Source: an uncultured Victivallales bacterium
GTDB taxonomy: Bacteria > Verrucomicrobiota > Kiritimatiellia > UBA8416 > CAYOBW01
Length of the DNA stretch: 29,411 bases
Assembly: GCA_964555035.1 (NCBI GenBank)
Contig: CAZKRK010000046.1
Span: 1-29,411 of the forward strand
Direction of reading: 5' to 3'
Shown here piece after piece: positions 16,908 to 24,477 of this stretch. The notes under the pieces were generated by a model, which saw only the letters and a list, made by a program, of their open reading frames with translations, did no database searches and was not told the origin of the DNA. Numbering within the stretch: position 1 is the stretch's first letter; the number at the start of each line of letters is the position of its first letter. The position numbers and the translations under genes are program-made.

Positions 16908-16930
16908 ACGTTATAAGGTGTGAGCCTGGC
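16897..16930. promoter_or_regulatory. 34-bp palindrome GCCAGGCTCACAC-GTTATAAG-GTGTGAGCCTGGC at the 5' end of the regulator gene (operator candidate)
   Basis: It has a perfect 13-bp stem and a TTATAA-centred core. It shares the GGCTCACAC/GTGTGAGCC arms with 16270-16297. Confidence 0.45.
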
Positions 16931-17062
16931 GTCAATCAGAAACTCGTGGCATCGGCATCCAAGCCAGGTTCCTTGACTGCGGCGACTACTACGACGTTGG
17001 TCTTGACAAGTACTGCCCACTGAGCGCTGGGATGGCAGAAGTCCTTACCTCGTGGAACTATC

Positions 17063-17170
17063 GGTGACACCATTGATTGATGATTCCCGATTGATGATTT
17101 GTGATTTTCGAAGTACTTCACAAATCATCAATCATAAATCGCTAGTCATCAATCAGACGAAGGTGTCACC
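17063..17170. repeat. 108-bp AT-rich imperfect palindrome (MITE/REP-like) built from ATTGATGATT-type units
   Basis: The termini GGTGACACC (17063-17071) and GGTGTCACC (17162-17170) are complementary. The inner 14-bp perfect stem is TTGATGATTTGTGA (17091-17104) paired with TCACAAATCATCAA (17118-17131), with the 13-nt loop ttttcgaagtact. The region between is degenerate but alignable. Confidence 0.8.
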
Positions 17171-17334
17171 TTCATTTTCCGCGGTGCAGTCATCCCGGTC
17201 AGAGCGTAGATTCAACGTAGCCGCCCAGAGGACAAGTGTTTGCGACGAAGCCACGGTTCTGTGTGCGGCCGGGCGGGGTAAGGTTCTCTGGATGGAGTAG
17301 AAGGAAGTCCTCGTCTGTTTCCCAAAGTGCACTC

Positions 17335-17462
17335 ACGTTTGCTCTCAACGCCGGTGTCGCCCACAACCCAAGTGTGGCATAGGTAGAAAAACGGGAAGGT
17401 AAGAAGATGGGAGAATTGACGGCATCATCTTTCTACCATCCCATCTTTCTGCCTATCATCTC
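17335..17462. repeat. Copy A of a ~125-bp dispersed element (CAACCCAAGTGTGGCA head and GGCAGAAARATGGG-type inverted units)
   Basis: It aligns by eye along its length with 28337-28463, in the same orientation, with many identical positions. The internal arms ggtagaaaaacgggaaggtaaga and tctttctaccatcccatctttctgcc are imperfectly complementary. Confidence 0.75.
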
Positions 17463-17575
17463 CTACACAGGGCTTGGCCAGATTTCTAGTTCTTCTTGCG
17501 CCCCTCGCCCGGCTAAGCCACTACGCCTCGGCCGGGACTTCTCCCGGCAGAGGGGGGCCGCATTCGTGGGCAGTC

Positions 17576-17636
17576 CATTGATGATTGTCGATCGCCGATT
17601 GCCGATTTCTGAAGTTCGAAAACCAGCAATCAGACC
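17576..17636. repeat. Degenerate partial copy of the AT-rich ATTGATGATT element
   Basis: cattgatgattgtcgatcgccgattgccgatttctgaagttcgaaaaccagcaatcagacc shares the cattgat..gatt..cgatt..gattt..tcgaa..aatcagac order with 17071-17158. Confidence 0.45.
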
Positions 17637-17705
17637 GGACTGCGCGTCGTCGTCACTGCAGACTGAACAGTCTTTTGCCTATTCGCCCGCTGTAGGCGGC
17701 CTAGC

Positions 17706-17732
17706 GGCGGAGGACCGCCGTCTCCAGTGGCG
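17706..17732 (+). repeat. 27-nt motif GGCGGAGGACCGCCGTCTCCAGTGGCG, copy 1
   Basis: A reverse-complement copy lies at 20827-20849 and a direct copy with one mismatch at 20940-20966. It contains the GGCGG-AGGA-CCGCC mini-hairpin. Confidence 0.7.
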
Positions 17733-17892
17733 TCTCCGCAGGGCGCGTAGTCGCTTTCTGTGTGTAATAGGCAGGACAAGCCCGGCGGGGCTACTCTGAA
17801 AGTGCAGCAAATTGCAGATGCGCCCAGCGGCAGCGTACGCTCATAACACTCTTGCCCCCGCCGCGCCTCTCGTGCATGCTTACCGGGAGCGC

Positions 17893-20811
17893 ATGAAAAG
17901 CAGCCCTTTCACACCTATCCGCCTTCTCCACCTCGCCGTCGCAGGCACAATCGCCGCCTGCGCCGGGGGATGTCGTGAGGAACAGGAACAGTCGCCGCGC
18001 CGGGCGTTCGAGCTCGACCTGCGCGATCGCGGAGTCGTGCTGCAGCGGATTACCTACGGGCTGCCCGAAGAGTCGACCGCACGCGTCATACGCTTCGACC
18101 GGCGCGGGTTGCTGCGCTGTGCCCTCTACCTGCGCGACAGCAGCGACGAGAACTCGTTCATATACGTGGACCACGTTGGTGTGGTCACCCGGAACGGCAG
18201 GATTGCGACGACCTTGAAGGAGTACGGGGAATTGCTGGTGACGGGCGACCAACAGGCCCTCTACATCGACGGTACGCCTTTGCCCGTCAACACAAAGGGA
18301 TGGGACACGTTCTGGGTGTCCGCTGACGAAGCCGAACCGGACGTGACCCAGAGAACGTATGCCCCCGTGGACCTGTTCGACAGCTTCATGCGCACCGAGC
18401 TGACGAACGGCTTCTGCCGCGTGACCGACGGTTCCTGGGAGCTCAAACAACGCGGCGGCGGAATGCCGACGGAGGAAGAGGACTACCACAACGCCAGTTT
18501 TCAGCGGGCCGTCAACCCCTTCTCCATCCGGGGCGAAGAGCAGGGCCGGTTGACGTACGGTGACGACGATTGGATGAACTATCACGCTGAGGCGAGCTTC
18601 TACTTCGGCATACCGCGAACGATAAGCTGGAGCGATGCAGAGAACCTGCCCGTCGAAACGGACATGCTCATCGCGCAGGGCACGACCAACGGAAACCAGG
18701 TAGCGTTCGGCTGGTCCGGGCGCCATCGCGGATTCGTCCTCATGTCCCGTAGCGGTTCGTCCCTCTGGAAGGTGCTCGAACGCTGGGGCGGCAAGCGTCC
18801 CCCGCTGACGAACTGGTGCCGTATCGGTCTGCGCATCCACGCCGGCTATATCGCCGAAGGCATGCTCGACCGCAAAGCCGTACTGCGCACAAACCTGGCC
18901 ACGTGCATTGTCGGTCCATTCCACGTCATTGCGGGAGAGGCCCCCATCGAGGCCGACACGATTCGCGCCTACTCCCTGCCGCCAAAGCCGAACCTGGGCG
19001 ATACGGCGCACGTCAAGAGCCGCTTCTTCTCGGCCAAGAAGGAGCTCGGCAAATCCCGCGACCCGACGCAGTTCGGGGAGTGGTCCAAGTCTACCAGCGT
19101 TTTCGTGGAGTCACGCGAGACCGATACCAACGGCAATCACAAGGCCGTCATCACGATGCGGGTGCCGCTCATGGGCGACTTCACGGTCGACTCGGTGCCG
19201 TTCGACGACGAGGCCGGCGCCATACCGCCGGGCCCGTACGAGTTCGCCTTCCGGATAGCCGATACAAACGAGTTCGAGGCCATCATGGAGCATCCGCCGG
19301 TCCTCTCGCTGAAGGCCAGGCTCTCAGGCACGGGCTGGGCGCTTGAAGACCTGCCGGAAGATGTCTGGCCCGCGGGCCACCGCGAATTCGCTCTCCGCTT
19401 CGCCCGGCGAAGGGCCGAGGACAACAGGATCGTCGTTCTCTGCGGCGGGTCTGCGACGCCGCTTTCGCCCCCGCTGACGGAGCCGTTGCTCGTATCGGTT
19501 GCGCGCGTGGAAAAGGGCGGCAAACCGGATTACCCGTTCCCGCAGCATCACCTCATCCGTTGCGCAAACCTCGCAAACGAGTTGTTCGAGGAAGCGCCGG
19601 CGGATTGGAGCTGGATCGAAGGCGCCTTCCGCATGGATTGCCGCTGGGCCTGCATGAACCAGTGGAATTTCATGGCGTGCGGCTCGCCCGGCATCCCCTA
19701 CATGACCAGCAAGCGGACTTTCACGGGCGACCAGGTGCACGAGTGCTTCATGTCGTTGCGGCCGGCCCAGCCCTGCGACGCGTACGACAAGGACTTCTTC
19801 TATGACCGCAAAAAGGACGGCGGTCTCAGGCTGTTCCGCGCCAACGGCGGCTGGTACAACCGACGCGATCTCAACGTCTGTTTCTGCACCAACGGCCGCG
19901 ACCCCCTTTCCGGCTACAGCATCGTGTTTGCCGGGAGAGACAACAAGGAGACGTTTCTCCTGCGCAAAGGACGCGTCGTGGCTGCCTCCCAGAACAAGAA
20001 GTTCCTCTTCCACGGCACAAGCCATTCGAGCGTTCACTGGAAATGGTGGAAGTTCACGGTCGACAAGCGTGGCGGCCGTATCCGGTGTTCGCTCAACGAC
20101 ACCGTTATGTTTGACTATCACGATCCCGAGCCGATTCCCGGGGGACACCTTGGTTTCTGGTCCGTGCGCAACGGCTTCACGCTGGCACGCGTCATTTCCG
20201 TCGCCGAATCGGTCGGTTTGGAGCCGCACGCCCTGTTCGTAGGTGACGATGAGGACAGCCCGTGGGTGCCCCTCAAGCGCGACAGCGTTGTTGTCACGCG
20301 CTCATCCGGGGCCGGACTCACCCGCGCCACCGCCACCGTAGGCGGCGGGTTCTTCGCCATGCGCTACACGCTCCCCGTTCCGGTCGATTTGAACAAAACG
20401 CCCGTCATGAAACTGCCGCTTGACATCGGCTACGAAGCGGCCGTGAATCTTCACGCCGATATCGGCGGCACCGCATACGTGATTCCCCTGACGGCGCCCA
20501 TCTCCGAGATGAAAGCGTTGCTGGCCCCGGAATTCGAAAAGGGAGAGTGTTTCAAAATCCCGACCATCGACGAAGCCGTCATTCTACAGACGCGCTACCT
20601 TCGCAACGCCCGCCTGACTCACAATCTGTTGACCGTGGACTTCGCCGCGGCCCTGGAGGAGACCGGCGAGAAGCCCGAGACGCTGGAGCTCAGGAGCATC
20701 ACCATCGGCAACAGCAGCAACCAGGGCTACCTGTTGGCCGGAGCGAACGGCAGAAACGCGGCCGGCGCATGGTACGAAGTAGGTGTGCCCACATTCCGGA
20801 CACGTCAGTAA
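17893..20811 (+). CDS. Large predicted lipoprotein of unknown function with probable concanavalin-A/LamG-like beta-sandwich modules
   Basis: MKSSPFTPIRLLHLAVAGTIAAC has a lipobox-like IAAC. Segments such as GGWYNRRDLNVCFCTNG...GYSIVFAGRDNKETFLLRKG...GGHLGFWSVRNGFTLARV resemble the DUF1080/LamG-type fold; that fold assignment is inference. The ORF is open from 17812. Confidence 0.65.
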   Translation: MKSSPFTPIRLLHLAVAGTIAACAGGCREEQEQSPRRAFELDLRDRGVVLQRITYGLPEESTARVIRFDRRGLLRCALYLRDSSDENSFIYVDHVGVVTRNGRIATTLKEYGELLVTGDQQALYIDGTPLPVNTKGWDTFWVSADEAEPDVTQRTYAPVDLFDSFMRTELTNGFCRVTDGSWELKQRGGGMPTEEEDYHNASFQRAVNPFSIRGEEQGRLTYGDDDWMNYHAEASFYFGIPRTISWSDAENLPVETDMLIAQGTTNGNQVAFGWSGRHRGFVLMSRSGSSLWKVLERWGGKRPPLTNWCRIGLRIHAGYIAEGMLDRKAVLRTNLATCIVGPFHVIAGEAPIEADTIRAYSLPPKPNLGDTAHVKSRFFSAKKELGKSRDPTQFGEWSKSTSVFVESRETDTNGNHKAVITMRVPLMGDFTVDSVPFDDEAGAIPPGPYEFAFRIADTNEFEAIMEHPPVLSLKARLSGTGWALEDLPEDVWPAGHREFALRFARRRAEDNRIVVLCGGSATPLSPPLTEPLLVSVARVEKGGKPDYPFPQHHLIRCANLANELFEEAPADWSWIEGAFRMDCRWACMNQWNFMACGSPGIPYMTSKRTFTGDQVHECFMSLRPAQPCDAYDKDFFYDRKKDGGLRLFRANGGWYNRRDLNVCFCTNGRDPLSGYSIVFAGRDNKETFLLRKGRVVAASQNKKFLFHGTSHSSVHWKWWKFTVDKRGGRIRCSLNDTVMFDYHDPEPIPGGHLGFWSVRNGFTLARVISVAESVGLEPHALFVGDDEDSPWVPLKRDSVVVTRSSGAGLTRATATVGGGFFAMRYTLPVPVDLNKTPVMKLPLDIGYEAAVNLHADIGGTAYVIPLTAPISEMKALLAPEFEKGECFKIPTIDEAVILQTRYLRNARLTHNLLTVDFAAALEETGEKPETLELRSITIGNSSNQGYLLAGANGRNAAGAWYEVGVPTFRTRQ

Positions 20812-20826
20812 CGCTCGGAGACTGGT

Positions 20827-20849
20827 ACTGGAGACGGCGGTCCTCCGCC
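20827..20849 (-). repeat. 27-nt motif family, copy 2 (inverted), 15 nt after the lipoprotein stop codon
   Basis: actggagacggcggtcctccgcc is the exact reverse complement of the first 23 nt of copy 1. Confidence 0.7.
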
Positions 20850-20939
20850 GTTACGGAGCAAGGTGTTGAGCACAAACGGAAACAGAAGTGAACGAAGTTC
20901 CCGCATGTTCCACCAAGTGCGCACTCACTTGCGCGCAAC

Positions 20940-20966
20940 GGCGGAGAACCGCCGTCTCCAGTGGCG
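20940..20966 (+). repeat. 27-nt motif family, copy 3, 20 nt upstream of the next ATG
   Basis: ggcggagaaccgccgtctccagtggcg differs from copy 1 at one position. Confidence 0.7.
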
Positions 20967-20986
20967 GCGATACTGTCGGAAGTCCC

Positions 20987-22792
20987 ATGAAACGTATGCG
21001 TAAACTGAGCAGATTCTACACCGTAGCTGCCGCGGCCGTGTTGGGCGCGGCCGTCTGCCAGGTCGGCATTGGCGCTCAGTTCACGGCAACGGGAGAGCAG
21101 ACCGGCATCGCCGTTCCCGTTTCTTCGGTCGTAGTGGCAGTCTTCTTCCTTCTATGCGCCGTGGTGGATTGGCCGCCGCGTCTGCCGACCCTCGGCCGCA
21201 TGCAGTCGCTGTTCATCGTCCTGTTTGCAGTGGGCATCGTGGGATTGCCCCGCGTCCATATGGCCACGGGCGCCAAAGAGACGATCCAGCTCGCGGAGAT
21301 GACCGTTCTGGCCTCCTTCGTGTTCGAAGGCCTTTGCCGACGCGAGCACACGCGCCGAACAGCGCGCGTCTTCGCGGTACTGTGCGGCTTACTGCTCCTT
21401 CTGGCCTGTGCCAACCAGCTCGAGCATCCCTGGTTCGGCTTGAGCCATACCAAGTACGCCGCTTTCGTCATTCTTGCCTGGCCCTTCATGATGCTGGCGT
21501 TGAAGGATGCAAAGACATCGTTCAAACGGACCGCCGTTCTGCTCGCCGCCCTTGCCGTCGGTCTTACGTTCCGCCACGGGTGGTTGATCATCGTCTGGTA
21601 CATCGTCTTTCTAACCAGCTGCGCACGCTTCCGTACGGTTGCCGTGAAATGGATGCTGCTGTTCGCGCTCCTGGCGGGACTGGTCACGCCCCTGGCGATA
21701 TACGGGCGTGGGAACCCATGGAAGATGCTGACCCATCGTTACGATTCCGAGCACCTCTCCCGGTTTGCGGTCGAAGCCGTTGCCGCGGTCAAGGGGCCGC
21801 GCTACTTCCCCCTCGGCGGCGGACCGGGCCGCTACAAGCAAACGATCGACGAACTGAAGCAGTACCAGCCGCACGTGCCGCATCCCGAAGACCGCACGGT
21901 GCCCAGGGACGGCAACAACCAGTATCTGGTGACGCTGGTTGAGGCCGGGCTGCCCGCCGCGGTCGCTCTGCTTCTGCTGCTGACGGTAAACCTGTTCGGC
22001 ATAGGGATGCGGGACGACACCGACCGCGAATTCCAGTTTGCACGACGGGTTGCGATGCTTGGCGCCCTGCTCGCCGCGGCAACCTGCGTACTCGTCTCGC
22101 GCGGCGCCTGCATCTGGCTCGGCGCGCTGATCGGGCTCGGCAACGGTTCGCGCCCGACGCCCAGGTGGCTGGCGCGATTCGTACGGCTCGTGCTTCCCGC
22201 GGCAGCGGTGGCCGCCGCGGCGGTCGCGATGCAGTGGTACAACCGCCAGCTCAATCCCCTGGGCGGAGTCAGCACCGCAAACCGCGAAGTGCGCCAATAC
22301 ATGTACGGGGAAAAGGGACTCGAAAGCCTGGGGCTCAGAATCGTCCAGCTCCAGGACAAGGTCGAAACGGAGAAGCAGGGGGACGTCGTCGAGATCGAGG
22401 CAGAGACCTTTGACGAAGCCACTGTTCCTTTCACGGTCATTCGCGATAACGGCGCCTCGGGCGGCCACGCCGCGGCCATCCCGCAGGACAAGGGCAAAGG
22501 CACGGGCAAGGCGCTCTACACGATCGACATTCCCGTCGACGGCTTCTACCTGCTCTATGCCCGCGTCTTCTGGCTCGACGGCTGTTCCAACAGCTTCCTG
22601 TTCGAGGTCGCCGACAAGCGTATGCTGCTGGCCAGCGACATCTTCGGCCGCTGGCACACCCTCGAAACCAAGGAGCCCATGCGACTCGGCCGGGGCCCCG
22701 CCAAGATCACCGTCCACAACGTCGAAGACGGCGTGCGCCTCGACACCATCGGCCTACGCAGAGTCCCGCCGCCGAGCATGCGGGTGCAGTGA
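20987..22792 (+). CDS. Polytopic membrane protein (O-antigen ligase/polymerase-like) with a C-terminal carbohydrate-binding-like beta-sandwich domain
   Basis: About 10 or more hydrophobic segments run through roughly aa 440. The soluble tail is VEIEAETFDEATVPFTVIRDNGASGGHAAAIP...GKALYTIDIPVDGFYLLYARVFWLDGCSNSFLFEV, the EAE...ASGG...G.Y.L..RV...NSF pattern common in CBM-like modules. The Wzy_C-type assignment is inferred from topology only. The ORF is open from the GTG at 20888. Confidence 0.6.
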   Translation: MKRMRKLSRFYTVAAAAVLGAAVCQVGIGAQFTATGEQTGIAVPVSSVVVAVFFLLCAVVDWPPRLPTLGRMQSLFIVLFAVGIVGLPRVHMATGAKETIQLAEMTVLASFVFEGLCRREHTRRTARVFAVLCGLLLLLACANQLEHPWFGLSHTKYAAFVILAWPFMMLALKDAKTSFKRTAVLLAALAVGLTFRHGWLIIVWYIVFLTSCARFRTVAVKWMLLFALLAGLVTPLAIYGRGNPWKMLTHRYDSEHLSRFAVEAVAAVKGPRYFPLGGGPGRYKQTIDELKQYQPHVPHPEDRTVPRDGNNQYLVTLVEAGLPAAVALLLLLTVNLFGIGMRDDTDREFQFARRVAMLGALLAAATCVLVSRGACIWLGALIGLGNGSRPTPRWLARFVRLVLPAAAVAAAAVAMQWYNRQLNPLGGVSTANREVRQYMYGEKGLESLGLRIVQLQDKVETEKQGDVVEIEAETFDEATVPFTVIRDNGASGGHAAAIPQDKGKGTGKALYTIDIPVDGFYLLYARVFWLDGCSNSFLFEVADKRMLLASDIFGRWHTLETKEPMRLGRGPAKITVHNVEDGVRLDTIGLRRVPPPSMRVQ

Positions 22793-22901
22793 GGGCGAGA
22801 AGAGGATCCGCGACGCGTCTCAACCAGGTGACGGTCGGGCGTGAACGATGTGCGAAGCCCCGAAGAAGGACGGCACTCCCGCGTCGGCACATTTGGTTCA
22901 G

Positions 22902-22995
22902 TCAGCCAAAAACAGTCCGTTGCTGCATTTTTGGCTGATAATAGTTGCTTTATAATCAGCCACAATGCATGTTAATGCATGTATTTTGGCTGATT
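22902..22995 (+). promoter_or_regulatory. AT-rich promoter/operator-like region with four TCAGCCA(A/C)AA half-sites, a TATAAT hexamer and an ATGCATGT direct repeat
   Basis: IR1 pairs tcagccaaaaa (22902-22912) with tttttggctga (22928-22938). IR2 pairs aatcagccacaa (22954-22965) with ttttggctgatt (22984-22995). TATAAT is at 22951-22956, ATGCATGT occurs twice (22965-22982), and the SD-like AAGGTG lies 5-6 nt before the ATG at 23009. Confidence 0.5.
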
Positions 22996-23008
22996 AAAAA
23001 GGTGTGAC

Positions 23009-24448
23009 ATGGACACGATAATCGGGCGAGAAGCGGAAAAACGAGTGCTGAGGGCGGCACTCGAATCGGGTGAGGCCGAGTTCATCGCCGTATACGGACG
23101 CCGGCGAGTGGGCAAGACTTACCTTGTCAGTCGGTTCTTCGACCGGGCCGCTTTCTACTTCGAGTTAACCGGCACGCGTGACGGGCCGCTGCACGAGCAA
23201 CTGGCGAACTTTGCGGACGTTCTTGGACGCAAGGCCGGTCTGGATTTGGCTGTGCCGAAAAGCTGGGCCGAGGCGTTTCGGCAGCTCGTTCGCGTGTTGG
23301 AGGCCCGGCCGGCCGCGGGGAAACGCGACCGAACCGTTCTCTTTTTCGATGAAACTCCCTGGCTGGCCTCACGACGCTCGCGCTTCTTGTCGGCGCTGAG
23401 CTATTTCTGGAACTCCTGGGCCGGTCGGCGCCCCGACATCGTCTTGATCGTCTGCGGTTCGTCGGCGTCCTGGATGCTGGAAAAGGTAGTGGCCGACAGA
23501 GGAGGCCTGCACAACCGTCTTACGCGACGAATTCGTCTGATGCCTTTCACATTGCAAGAGACGGAGGCCTTCTTGCGATCGCGTGGCGTGCGGCTCGACC
23601 GACGACAGATTATCGACGTCTTCATGGTGGCCGGCGGCATTCCTCAATACCTGAAGCAAGTCGAGCCGGGACGGTCGTCGGCGCAGAGCATCGATGCGAT
23701 GTGCTTCCAGCCGGATGGCTTCCTGTACGACGAGTTCGATCGCCTGTACGCTTCCCTGTTCCATGATTCGGCCAAGCACATTGCCGTTGTCCGTGCGTTG
23801 GCGAAAACGCGTTCAGGGTTGTCGCGAACGGCACTGTTGAAACGGGCCGGTCTCGCATCGGGCGGAACGTCGACACGGGTTCTGACCGCGCTCGAAGAGT
23901 CGGGCTTCATTGCCCGGCACGTACCCTTCGGCCAGAGAGTCAACAACGCGCGATACCGGCTGATCGACGAGTACAGTCTCTTCTACCTTACCTGGATGGA
24001 GGGGAAGCGGCACGACTTGCTGAGCGAGTCGTGGTCGACGCAGTCGCAGTCCCGGCGGTGGTCAGCCTGGGCGGGGTTCAGTTTCGAGGGAGTGTGTTGG
24101 AAGCATGTCGACCGGATTACAGCCGAGTTGGGCATAGCCGGAGTACAGACCAGAGCGTCGACGTGGCAGCACAGAGGCGGTCCGGGAGAACAAGGTGCGC
24201 AGATCGATTTGCTCATAGACCGTGCGGACCGATGTATCTCGATCTGCGAAATCAAACACGGTGAAGGTGTTTTTGCCATTGACCGGAAGTACGCGGCCGA
24301 ACTGAGACGCAAGCTGGACGTGTTTCGCCTGCAATCGGGCACCCGCAAGACCCTGTTTCTGGTGATGGTCACGCCGAGCGGTTGCAAGCACAACGACTAT
24401 TTCACGCAGTTGGTGACTGACGAAGTGCGTCTGGAGTGCTTGTTCTGA
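23009..24448 (+). CDS. AAA-type ATPase (Arch_ATPase/ATPase_2-like) with a C-terminal DUF234/PD-(D/E)xK-like module
   Basis: GREAEKRVL...FIAVYGRRRVGKTYLV is the Walker A region and VLFFDETPW is the Walker B. The C-terminal QIDLLIDRADRCISICEIKHGE fits a D...E-x-K nuclease-fold motif. Confidence 0.85.
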   Translation: MDTIIGREAEKRVLRAALESGEAEFIAVYGRRRVGKTYLVSRFFDRAAFYFELTGTRDGPLHEQLANFADVLGRKAGLDLAVPKSWAEAFRQLVRVLEARPAAGKRDRTVLFFDETPWLASRRSRFLSALSYFWNSWAGRRPDIVLIVCGSSASWMLEKVVADRGGLHNRLTRRIRLMPFTLQETEAFLRSRGVRLDRRQIIDVFMVAGGIPQYLKQVEPGRSSAQSIDAMCFQPDGFLYDEFDRLYASLFHDSAKHIAVVRALAKTRSGLSRTALLKRAGLASGGTSTRVLTALEESGFIARHVPFGQRVNNARYRLIDEYSLFYLTWMEGKRHDLLSESWSTQSQSRRWSAWAGFSFEGVCWKHVDRITAELGIAGVQTRASTWQHRGGPGEQGAQIDLLIDRADRCISICEIKHGEGVFAIDRKYAAELRRKLDVFRLQSGTRKTLFLVMVTPSGCKHNDYFTQLVTDEVRLECLF

Positions 24449-24477
24449 GTAGGTTGCCGGTAGCCAAATCCCCCTCC

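Noticed and set aside
17407-17799. A 130-aa ORF (and 17052-17300, 16936-17121) in the long spacer as possible small proteins.
   Set aside because: They run straight through the repeat elements, giving translations such as IFLPII and LMICDFRSTS. They have no start context or motifs, so they are most likely non-coding.
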